Source: a virus. Taken from it: a stretch of 64,000 nucleotides of DNA. The DNA lies in IMG/VR virus record IMGVR_UViG_3300015371_000006, positions 47,597 to 111,596 of that record; one strand, 5' to 3'. Under the pieces are notes generated by a model. It saw only the letters and a list, made by a program, of their open reading frames with translations, searched no databases and had not been told where the DNA came from. A program made the position numbers and the translations under genes. Below are positions 17,946 through 26,564 of this stretch, one piece after another; positions within the stretch are counted from its first letter, which is position 1, and each line of letters begins with the position of its first letter.

Positions 17946-20900
17946 CTAACGGGGCTTGACGACGGCGTCGACCACGGTCGCCCCGTCGATGAGCTTGCTG
18001 CCGGTGATGCGAATCGACGTGCGCCGGGGCAGCACCACGCGGCCGGGCGTCGGATCGGTGACGGTGTCGAGCGTCGAGGGCATCAGCGCGTGCGCTCCGG
18101 TCGGGACCGTGAGCCGCAGGGTGACCACGCCGGGCGTCGGCGCGTACTGCGTCTCGGCGTTGAGGTAGCTCTTCTCGGTCATCCACTTCCCGGCCAGCTC
18201 GCCTGCGTTGTCGGCGTTGATCTTGCTGTCGGCGGGCAGCGGGACGTAGGCGTAGAAGTCCTCGTCGACTCGGGTCACCCTGTCGCCCAGCAGGGCGTCC
18301 AGCTGCGCCACGGTGCCCTGCGTCTCGGCGTCGGCGGCCGCGCGCTTGGCCCCGGAGCGCAGGTGGGCGTCCACCACGTCGTGGCCCTGGCCCAGGTAGT
18401 GCTCCATCGCTGCGTCCTCCTCGGGGTAGGTCTCCAGCGATGCGTCGCGCGCGCTGAATTCGTCGAGCACCTCCTCGCCGCTCAGCGGCTCGGGGATCTC
18501 CTCCTCGCCTCGGCTGTAGCGCCCCAACCAGGCGACTCGGGCCTTGAGGTTCTCGCGGACGCGCTCGCGCATCTCCTCATCGTCGAACGGGGCCGCGTCC
18601 ACCAGCGCGTCGATGCGCTCGGGGGTCAGACGCAGCTCGGCGTCCTTGGCGGCGGCCCGCATCCCCTCCTCGGTGATCGCCATCCGCGTCCACGCCTGCC
18701 CGCCAGGCTTGTTCATCGTCCACAGCTCGGTCGGCACCGGCCCGAACGGCTTCGGCCCGCCCATCGCCCGGTACTCCAGGGTGCCGCCCTGGTCGAGTCG
18801 GATCGGGGTGTCGCCGTTCCACAGCACGTTGTCCTGCGCCAGGCCGACCACGTCCCAGTTGCCCAGCAGCGCGTCGGCGACGAAGCCGTCGGCCAGCGTT
18901 TCATCGGCGTGTTGCCACTGGCGCTCCTCGCCGTCCACGAGCGGGTAGGTCAGCGCGCGGGTCTTGCCGAACTTCGGCACGTTCACCTCGGTGTAGCCCG
19001 CGTTCGGGACGGTGATCCCCAGCTCGCGGTAGATCGAGTTCGCCAGCAGCTCGGTTGCCACGCGGTCGCGGTTGCCCTTGTACGTCTTCACCAGCCAGCG
19101 GCGGCCCTCGGCGTCCTCGGCCATCCGCGCCCCGTTCGACCCTCCTGCGGGCTTGACGTCCTTGAGCTTCGTGGCGGTGTAGTCGGGGATGCCCTGCACC
19201 GGCTCGGGCGGGGCTTCCATCTCGGAGCGCTCGACCTCTTCGGTGCGCTCGGGCTTGCCGCCGTCCCAGCTCGCCTGCATCTTCGCCAGGAACGCCTTCA
19301 TCCCCGGCAGCTCAGGTGGGCTGGCCTGGCCTACTCCTCCGGCTTCTCCTCCGGCTTCTCCTCCGGCTCCGGGTCCGACTCGTAGCGCAGCGTCTCCCCC
19401 TCCAGGTACTCCGCTGCGTCCGGCGGGAGATCCGGGGCTGGCGGCGGCTGCTCCTTCGGGTCCATCGAGGCCCATCCTACCCTGCGCCAGGAAGCCGTCC
19501 ATCTTCTCGGCGTCGAGAATCTTCAGCTCGCCGCCCACATCCTTGTCGGCGATCAGCTTCGCGGGCTCGCCGCGCGGCACGTCGGTGTCCCACACCCGCA
19601 GCCGCAGCCAGGGGAGTTCGTCGTCGTACTCGGTGAAGCGCTGGGGCACGCTGCGGTAGGCGTTGTCGACGATGTGGTCGGGCACGGTGCGGCCGCTGCG
19701 CTCGGCGCGCTCGGCCACGCGGACCTTGCCCTTTTCGTGGGGGAGGTGGGCGACGTCGACCTCCACGTCGTAGCCGTCGGCGTGCGCCTGCTCCAGCTTC
19801 TCGCGGAAGCGCCCCGCGCCGGAGTTGCCGACGCCGTCGATCAGCACGTCGAGGCCCCGGTTGAAGGCTCGCGCGCGCAGCGTCCGGGCGATGATCGAGG
19901 ACTCCTCATGCACGCCCGCGCCGCTGTAGGGGTCGCGCGCTTCGATCATCGCCTGGTACTCGGGCAGCTTCTCCTTGATCGCGTCGGGGTTGACCTCGAC
20001 CATGCCGGTGGCCTCGGCGCTCAGCATCGAGGACTTGCCCGAGCCCGGTCCGCCTGCGGTGAACGCCGCGCGCGGCTTGCGGCCCGAGGGTGGTTCGTGG
20101 CCTTCCAAGAAGCTGTTGATGATCTCCTCGTGCAGCGCCCGGCGCTCGTCGGCGTAGACCCGGCCGGTCGGGGTCATGCGCGACCACTTCGCCTCGGTGT
20201 CGACGGCCTCGCCCAGCACCTCATTGGCCGTCGGCCCCTTCTCCACCTGCAGCCGATCCTCGGGGCGCTCGGCGGGGCTGGCCTGGCCCATCATCACCGA
20301 GCTGAGCGCATCCCAGGCGTTGGCTGCCAGCTGCTCCTCTGAGGCCGCGTCGGCGTCACGGATCGCCTCCAGGGCGCGCACCTCCTCTTCGTCTCGCAGC
20401 GTCGTGATCGCCGGTTCGACCTCCTCGCGGCTCAGCCCGTCAACCGAACCCACGTCGCGCTTGACCGCGTAGGTGCGCGTGCCGTCGCGGTCGCGGGTGA
20501 CGCTTACCTCGCTGCCGTCGCTCAGGGTGATCGTCGATGCGTCGGGCTGACCGGGGTAGAAGTCCAGCTCGTCGAGGTTCCTGCGGTCGCGGTCGCTCAG
20601 CGGCCTGCGGCCGAAGCCGGTCGGGCGGGGGCGGTCCAGTGCGCCCCGCCAGGCGGCGAGCGCAGGCATCGGCCCCGCTGCTCCGAGGGTCTGCACGCGC
20701 TGGGCATAGGGATTCCACGCCACATGGCGCGACAGGTGCAGGCCGGGGCTGGCCTGCCCGCCTTGCGCCTCCAGGGATTCGCGGTCGAGCAGCAGCTCGT
20801 TCTCGCCCGCCAGCTTGCCCAGCCACAGCGCCTTGGTCCCGGCGGGCACCGTGACCTCCTGAACGTCGCCGAATCGCTCGGCATCAGCCTTTCGCGTGCT

Positions 20901-23900
20901 GGTGCTCACGAACGGCCCGCGCAGCTTGCCGTCGTCGGCCCCGCCTCGGTAGACCGTGACCGCCTCGGGGAGCGCCCTCATCGCCCTGCGCAGCATCTTG
21001 ACCTGCGGCCCCAGCTTGTACTCGCGGTCGAGCGAGGGGTCGTAGAGGATCTCGTCGGGATCGTCCGACTCTTGGAACGGCGTGCTGTCAACGATGTACA
21101 GCTCAGCCGCGTTCTGTTGGCGCGGTCCCAGCTCGGGCGCATTCGCGTCGAGCATCTCCTCAGCCGCCTTACCCTTCAGTCCGGGGCTGGCCTGGCCAGT
21201 CGCCTTACTGATTGCGGCCTTCACCAGCGAGTCGTCGAGCGCCCGGCGCTCCTCCGGCGTGCGGTCGGGGTCGTCGTCGGCGTGCTGATCCATCGCGTCG
21301 GCGATCAGCGCCTCCAGGTCGGCGGTGTCCTCGCCGGGCTCGACCCAGCCGTTGAGCATCGACTTCGTCAGCTCGTCCTGCACGGCCTGGCGCTGCTCAG
21401 GGGTCAGCTGGTCGAGGCCGGGGCTGGCCTGGCCTGCCATCGCGCGCAGGCGCGGGTCGTCTGACTGGGACAGGTACTCCTGCTTGCGGGCCTGCAGCGA
21501 GTCGGCGATCTCGCTGCCCACCGGCTCGCCGTCGCGGGTGTAGCGGGCCTGGTGGCCGTAGTACGCCTGCGACCAGTTGTAGCCGTCGGTAAGCCGGTAG
21601 CCGTGGTCGATGACCTTGCCCTTGTTCTGCGCCTCCAGCTCGCGCATCAGCTGGGTGGCGATGCCCCGGCGCTGGAACTCGGGGATGACCTCGATCTTGT
21701 CGATGCCGATGTCGGCGTTGGCCTCGCGCGCTTTCTTGCCGATGGCGGGCCGGTAGCGGCTGTAGGTCAGCTTGCCCACCTCCCTGCCGTCTACCTCGGC
21801 CACCAGGCCGTCGAAGTATTCGGTGTCGCCTCGCTTGCGCGGCTTGATCTCGGCGGGGCTCAGCTGGCCCGACTTGACCGCGTCGTCTACCTGGGGGTTC
21901 CAGGCGTCCAGGGTTGCGGGCGGACTCGCCTGCCCCAGCGCGAGCTTCGTGTCCGGCATCAGGCCCTTGCCTGCGGGCTGGGCGACACCGGAGCGCACGG
22001 CGATGCCGTAGCTCTCGGCGTTGCTCATCCGGTTCGTGGTCGCGTAGCGCTTCCGTGAGCCGTCGGGGCGTTCGATCAGCACGCTGTCGCCGCGCTTGCC
22101 TCGGGTGATCGTCGAGCCATCGGCGGCCTGCAGGCTGTCGCCTCGCTGCAGCGCTCGGACCTTGCGGATCAGCGCCCGGCGCGGGTCGGAGTAGTTGTGC
22201 GGGTCGAAGCTGCCGGGCTCGATGTCGAGCGCCTCGGCGTTCGGCTCGGCGATCCCCATCTCCTTCATCGTCCGCTTGACGAAGACGCGGTCCTTCTCCT
22301 TCTCGGCTTCGGGCAGGTCGGCGTAGGGCTTCAGCAGCTCCGGCTGGTCGGCCTTCGCCCAGCTCTGGTTGCGGTCGATCCAGGCGTCGTGCACCTCGGA
22401 GGCCAGCCGCTCCATGTCGAGCGCACCCTCCTCATCGCGCATCCGGGTGATCGCGTCGTAGGCCGACGCCGCGCCGTCGCGGTTCTCGGCTTGGAACTTC
22501 TCGGGCAGCTCGTCGTAGGTCATGTCGGCGATGTCGATGGTCCCGCCCCCATAGGGCTTGGGCCGGGGCTCGTAGTTGCGGTCCTTGCGCCACTGTTCGT
22601 GGGCCTGTGCCGCGACCCTCTCTACGACCTTGTCTCGCTGCATGGCAGCGCCTGTGAGCGGTTGTTCGGGCGCGCCCTCTGCACCCTGCCCCTCCGGGGC
22701 GTCGCCGCCTCTGGCGCGCTTACGGCTCTCCGCTCCAGGGCGGGCTCGGGACACGTCGAGGACGCTCGACTCGCGCAGCAGCACCATCTCGCCGTCCTCG
22801 GTGAGCGCCTCGGCCTTCCAGCCCAGCGCGTCGTCGTCCTCGACCTTGCGCAGCTCGGCCACGGTGATGTCGCCGTTGTTCTGCTTGATCCGCACCACAT
22901 CGCCCTCCGCGACCGGGCCGGTGATGTTGTTGCCCTTCAGGTTGCGCCGGGGCGGATCGGCCAGGAACTCCACGTCGTCGGGGTCGGGGTAGCGGGTGAC
23001 GGTGTCCACGATCTGGCCGTTGTGGTCGCGCAGCTTGACCTCGACCTCGGCGTACCAGCGCCCGTCCTCGCCCACCATCGCGTCGGTGACCACGCCCTCC
23101 CAGGGCTCCTTGCGCCCCGTCACGCGCACGCGCGCGCCCGCGCGGATGCGCATGCGGTGGTCGGTGTAGTTGGGCTGGCGCAGCACCTCCGCTCCGGCGG
23201 CCCCCGGCCCGGCGAAGTGCTCGACCGTCCTCGCCATCAGGTCGCGCGCTCGCGCCTCGCCCTTCTCGGGGGTGACGCCCTGCGCGCCTGCCAGCAGCCC
23301 GCCGAGGATCTCGAAACGCTTCTCGGGGTCGGCGCTGAAGGCCAGGTTGTGCAGCAGCTCGCGGCGGTTCTCCAGCGGGACGTGGGCTTCGTCGAGCAGG
23401 AGCCCGAGCGCTGCGCGCTGGGGCAGGTAGGTGCCCTGGGCTCGGATGTCGTCGGGCTTGCGGCCCAGCCAGCGCAGGACGTCGTGCTGTCCGTTGCGCT
23501 TCAGCAACTCGACCGCCCACTCGTGAGCCATCTCCTCGGTCAGCGCCTCGTCGAGGCTGAAGTGCTCCGGCTGGGCGAAGGTCTCGGGGTTGATCGGGTT
23601 GACGCCGTGGGAGGCCTCGTGCATCGCCGTGCGGTAGGCGTTGTAGACGCCCGCTGCGGTGTCGTCGTCGAGCCGCCGCTTCTCCACGCGGGCGGCGTGG
23701 GCGGCCTGCAGGTGCACCTGGGCGGCCCGGCCGACTTGCACCTCGCCGTCCCAGCTGCGAAAGCCGCCCGTGTCCTCGTCGGCTTCGTTGATGCGGATCG
23801 ACTTCAGCACCACCTGGCGGCCGTGCGTGTCGCCGATTTGCTGTGCAAGCCCGGCCACTCCGGCGGCAAGACCGGAGAAGTCCTCTGGTGCGCCAGCCTT

Positions 23901-25109
23901 CTGGGCCGCCATATTGCCTGCAAAGGGCACAGGAACTGGAGAAGACGTCGGGCCCCCGGCTCCATCCGGCACATCCGGCACATCCGGCGTCCCAGCAGGC
24001 ATCCCGCCGGGTGCCGCCTGGCCCCCGACCTGCGTGGTGACCCTTGCTGGGATCGGGTCCGACCCGCGCTGCGCGAGCTTCGGCGCGTCCGTGCCGTGCA
24101 GGAACCGGAGCACGTCGTTGAGGCTGATCCTCGGCGCAAAACCCCCGCGTCTTGGGCGGAAACGGCCGCCCCACACCGTGCCCTTGGCGAACCGCTCGTC
24201 CCAGGCGACCTCCTCCATGTCGAGCACGAGGTCTGCGGGTGGGACATCGGTGCCCTCGGGCTGGGACATACCGCCGGACATATCCCCAGTCAGAGACACG
24301 AGAAAGTCACCATTTGCAGGGGTTTCGCCGTTCGAGCTGAGGGACATCTCCAGGGACATCTCGGTGACACGTTCGGCCAGTAGGGCCTCTTGCAGCAGGC
24401 CGTATCGCTCAGCGATCTGCTGGGCGCGCCGGTCGGCCGCCTCGGTGTCGGGAGCCTCGGCTCCCATCAGCCCCATGTCGTATGCCTCGTCGTGCGTGAG
24501 CAGCTCGCAGCGGCAGCCCGTGTGCGTCGGCGGGTTGATCCGGTCGAGCACGCTCCAGGGCCACCAGCCGACCGTCGCCATCGCCAGGCAGTCCGGGGTG
24601 TGCTCCTTGACCGCTTCGCTGAGGTGCCAGAACGCGCCCTCGGGGCTCAGCCTGCGGACCATGCCCCTGCGCGCGGTCGCCTGCACGCGAGCGGCCGCCG
24701 CCTCGTGGTGTGCCTCGGTGAACCGCCGCTCGCGCTCCAGCACCCGCTTGACCGCCGCCTCGGGTTCGTCGCGCTGCAGGGCCGCCGGGATGTCGCGGCG
24801 CATCCGCTCCTCCATGCGCCGGTAGAACTCGACGTCGCGCTCCTGCTCGACCCGCGCGGCCTCGGCCAGCTCGGCATCGCTCACGTCGGCGCGTGCGAAC
24901 TCCGGTCGGATCGCCTTGACGATCCAGTCCGCGCCCTTGCTGCGCCGCCTCAGCGCCGCGACGGCCGCCCCGATGGCGGCCCCGGCCTGTCCCGAGGCCA
25001 CCTCGCCCCCAGCAGCGTCGTCGTCGCCGGAGGCTGCGATGACGCCCCCCGCTGCGGCCGCCGCCAGGATCGCCTCGGTGTTGTCGTCCTGCTTCGCGCG
25101 CGTCGGCAT
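17946..25109 (-). CDS. MuF (phage head morphogenesis) fused polyvalent effector polyprotein: MuF, zincin, SH3-like, RyR, GNAT, ART, Zeta kinase, HipA/PI3K-like kinase, degenerate ART
   Basis: HTPDC..PPTHTGCRC (MuF); HEASH..E; HEQW/HDAW..PYADLPEAEKEKDR (RyR); EVIPEFQRRGIATQLM; VYRG..STST..ENE; GGPGSGKS..NPDAIK..HEES; GGSNG..LVK..DALLGNWD..DN..RLDQGG. Confidence 0.9.
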   Translation of the reverse strand: MPTRAKQDDNTEAILAAAAAGGVIAASGDDDAAGGEVASGQAGAAIGAAVAALRRRSKGADWIVKAIRPEFARADVSDAELAEAARVEQERDVEFYRRMEERMRRDIPAALQRDEPEAAVKRVLERERRFTEAHHEAAAARVQATARRGMVRRLSPEGAFWHLSEAVKEHTPDCLAMATVGWWPWSVLDRINPPTHTGCRCELLTHDEAYDMGLMGAEAPDTEAADRRAQQIAERYGLLQEALLAERVTEMSLEMSLSSNGETPANGDFLVSLTGDMSGGMSQPEGTDVPPADLVLDMEEVAWDERFAKGTVWGGRFRPRRGGFAPRISLNDVLRFLHGTDAPKLAQRGSDPIPARVTTQVGGQAAPGGMPAGTPDVPDVPDGAGGPTSSPVPVPFAGNMAAQKAGAPEDFSGLAAGVAGLAQQIGDTHGRQVVLKSIRINEADEDTGGFRSWDGEVQVGRAAQVHLQAAHAARVEKRRLDDDTAAGVYNAYRTAMHEASHGVNPINPETFAQPEHFSLDEALTEEMAHEWAVELLKRNGQHDVLRWLGRKPDDIRAQGTYLPQRAALGLLLDEAHVPLENRRELLHNLAFSADPEKRFEILGGLLAGAQGVTPEKGEARARDLMARTVEHFAGPGAAGAEVLRQPNYTDHRMRIRAGARVRVTGRKEPWEGVVTDAMVGEDGRWYAEVEVKLRDHNGQIVDTVTRYPDPDDVEFLADPPRRNLKGNNITGPVAEGDVVRIKQNNGDITVAELRKVEDDDALGWKAEALTEDGEMVLLRESSVLDVSRARPGAESRKRARGGDAPEGQGAEGAPEQPLTGAAMQRDKVVERVAAQAHEQWRKDRNYEPRPKPYGGGTIDIADMTYDELPEKFQAENRDGAASAYDAITRMRDEEGALDMERLASEVHDAWIDRNQSWAKADQPELLKPYADLPEAEKEKDRVFVKRTMKEMGIAEPNAEALDIEPGSFDPHNYSDPRRALIRKVRALQRGDSLQAADGSTITRGKRGDSVLIERPDGSRKRYATTNRMSNAESYGIAVRSGVAQPAGKGLMPDTKLALGQASPPATLDAWNPQVDDAVKSGQLSPAEIKPRKRGDTEYFDGLVAEVDGREVGKLTYSRYRPAIGKKAREANADIGIDKIEVIPEFQRRGIATQLMRELEAQNKGKVIDHGYRLTDGYNWSQAYYGHQARYTRDGEPVGSEIADSLQARKQEYLSQSDDPRLRAMAGQASPGLDQLTPEQRQAVQDELTKSMLNGWVEPGEDTADLEALIADAMDQHADDDPDRTPEERRALDDSLVKAAISKATGQASPGLKGKAAEEMLDANAPELGPRQQNAAELYIVDSTPFQESDDPDEILYDPSLDREYKLGPQVKMLRRAMRALPEAVTVYRGGADDGKLRGPFVSTSTRKADAERFGDVQEVTVPAGTKALWLGKLAGENELLLDRESLEAQGGQASPGLHLSRHVAWNPYAQRVQTLGAAGPMPALAAWRGALDRPRPTGFGRRPLSDRDRRNLDELDFYPGQPDASTITLSDGSEVSVTRDRDGTRTYAVKRDVGSVDGLSREEVEPAITTLRDEEEVRALEAIRDADAASEEQLAANAWDALSSVMMGQASPAERPEDRLQVEKGPTANEVLGEAVDTEAKWSRMTPTGRVYADERRALHEEIINSFLEGHEPPSGRKPRAAFTAGGPGSGKSSMLSAEATGMVEVNPDAIKEKLPEYQAMIEARDPYSGAGVHEESSIIARTLRARAFNRGLDVLIDGVGNSGAGRFREKLEQAHADGYDVEVDVAHLPHEKGKVRVAERAERSGRTVPDHIVDNAYRSVPQRFTEYDDELPWLRLRVWDTDVPRGEPAKLIADKDVGGELKILDAEKMDGFLAQGRMGLDGPEGAAAASPGSPAGRSGVPGGGDAALRVGPGAGGEAGGEAGGVGQASPPELPGMKAFLAKMQASWDGGKPERTEEVERSEMEAPPEPVQGIPDYTATKLKDVKPAGGSNGARMAEDAEGRRWLVKTYKGNRDRVATELLANSIYRELGITVPNAGYTEVNVPKFGKTRALTYPLVDGEERQWQHADETLADGFVADALLGNWDVVGLAQDNVLWNGDTPIRLDQGGTLEYRAMGGPKPFGPVPTELWTMNKPGGQAWTRMAITEEGMRAAAKDAELRLTPERIDALVDAAPFDDEEMRERVRENLKARVAWLGRYSRGEEEIPEPLSGEEVLDEFSARDASLETYPEEDAAMEHYLGQGHDVVDAHLRSGAKRAAADAETQGTVAQLDALLGDRVTRVDEDFYAYVPLPADSKINADNAGELAGKWMTEKSYLNAETQYAPTPGVVTLRLTVPTGAHALMPSTLDTVTDPTPGRVVLPRRTSIRITGSKLIDGATVVDAVVKPR
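19331..19465 (-). CDS. Nested out-of-frame 44-aa acidic protein, candidate antitoxin/immunity protein for the Zeta domain
   Basis: TAGGAT 8 nt before ATG; MDPKEQPPPAPDLPPDAAEYLEGETLRYESDPEPEEKPEEKPEE*; high-GC3 codons while the host frame has atypical codons. Confidence 0.55.
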   Translation of the reverse strand: MDPKEQPPPAPDLPPDAAEYLEGETLRYESDPEPEEKPEEKPEE

Positions 25110-25217
25110 GCCCAACGAGTCTAAGCCCGAAAGCGGCGAGCGGCCCAGGTCGCCCTGGACCGCCCTCCCAGCGCCGCTCGATTGCCTTTCTTCGCCGCCG
25201 GGTGCCGCTCTCCTGCC

Positions 25218-25436
25218 CTAGACCAGAGCAGCCTTCAGGCGCATCTCATCGACGCGCCGGTCCAGCCACTCCAGCGGAGACTCTTCGCGTTCGGGCTCGG
25301 GCTCGACCGGGACGACCGGGACGTAGGTCGTCTCCTGTTGCCAGCTGGTCGTCGGCCAGGTGGTGATCGACGTCGTGCCCCCGGTCGTGTTGAACCAGGG
25401 GGACACCTGGACGTAGCGGTCGCCGAAGGCAGCCAT
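25218..25436 (-). CDS. Hypothetical protein
   Basis: TGATG coupling. Confidence 0.6.
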   Translation of the reverse strand: MAAFGDRYVQVSPWFNTTGGTTSITTWPTTSWQQETTYVPVVPVEPEPEREESPLEWLDRRVDEMRLKAALV

Positions 25437-25798
25437 CAGCCGTTCTCCGGCTCCGGCGGCTCAGGCAGCGCGTGTCCGGCCGCGCGCTCATAGACCTCCG
25501 CGTAGCGCTCCTCGCGCTTGCGGAGTTCGTTCCAGCACGCCGCCGTGACCGATACGGCCTTGGCCTGCTTCGCGTGCCAGCGCCCGACGCGCTCGCGGTA
25601 GTCGAGACGAACGTCCTCGGGGACCGCCGCGTGCGCATGCGCCTTGGCGATCTCGTCGGAGGTGTTCGGGTCCAGCGCCAGCAGCGCCTTGGACTCGATG
25701 TCGCGGATCTGCTCGCCGAGCTTCTCCAGCGCGACGGCCTCGTCCTCCATCCCGGCTGCCTCGTTGAGCAGCTCCAGCGTGGTGACTGCTTCAGGCAT
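25436..25798 (-). CDS. Hypothetical helical protein
   Basis: AAGGAGG RBS. Confidence 0.65.
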   Translation of the reverse strand: MPEAVTTLELLNEAAGMEDEAVALEKLGEQIRDIESKALLALDPNTSDEIAKAHAHAAVPEDVRLDYRERVGRWHAKQAKAVSVTAACWNELRKREERYAEVYERAAGHALPEPPEPENG

Positions 25799-26282
25799 GC
25801 TCGACCTCCTTGGCCGCGCCGTTGCCGTTGTCGGTGATCTGCTTGTCGACGGTGACGACGGGGAGCCGCTTCAGGATCTGCTCCTGCAGCGCCGTGATGC
25901 GGTCGACCTCCTCGGTCATCCGCGTCCGGGTGAACTCCATCTCCTTTTCGAACGCCTCGCGCTCGCGGGAGAGGTTGCCCTCGCGGACGGCCAGCTCGGC
26001 CTCCTTGACGGCGATGTCGCGCTCGGCCTCGCCGCGCAGCTTCTCCAGGCCGACCTTGTGTTCGACCTCTCGCAGCTGGCGCTCGTTTTCCTCCTCGCGC
26101 TTCGACTTGCTGATCTCCAGGTCGGTGATCTGATGCTTCAGCTTCTTGACCTCGTCGCTGAGTCGGATCGCCTCCCGGCGTCCCTTCTGTTCGCCCCGAA
26201 GCTTCGTGACCTCTTCGGTCAGCGCCTCCAGGCGGTTGAGCACTTCCTGCGTCGCAGGGTGCTCCTCGCGCTTCTTCAACAT
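25791..26282 (-). CDS. Coiled-coil protein
   Basis: E/K/R-rich heptads; GAGGAGGG RBS. Confidence 0.7.
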   Translation of the reverse strand: MLKKREEHPATQEVLNRLEALTEEVTKLRGEQKGRREAIRLSDEVKKLKHQITDLEISKSKREEENERQLREVEHKVGLEKLRGEAERDIAVKEAELAVREGNLSREREAFEKEMEFTRTRMTEEVDRITALQEQILKRLPVVTVDKQITDNGNGAAKEVEHA

Positions 26283-26564
26283 CGGCCCTCCTCGGGTCGG
26301 TCGGGTTGTTCTATGAAGCGCGTGTTCGGCAGCCGCCGCCCGTGAAGGTTGCGGCCGGGCCTCATCGCGGCGAACGACCGCCTGCGGGGTTCGACGTTCC
26401 TGCCGTCTGGACCGCACGGTCGTTCACGGCCGGGCAAGCTATCAGGCGCTTCGGTTGTTAGCTAGCCAGCGCGACGATCAGGGCTGTCAGGCCGACGATG
26501 ATCGCGGCGATGAGCACCGGAACCCACCAGTGCACGCTGCTCGTCGTCATCGTCGGCCCTGCCC

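Noticed and set aside
19317-21935. GQASP nucleotide repeats as CRISPR, integron attC, intein or 2A-like sites
   Set aside because: Irregular spacing, always in frame, synonymous variation, no palindromic structure, no intein C..HN ends and no NPGP motif
20597-22900. Further nested immunity ORFs after the ART, GNAT or SH3 modules (20597..20884, 22622..22900)
   Set aside because: No -10/start arrangement and no convincing codon bias or composition, unlike 19331..19465
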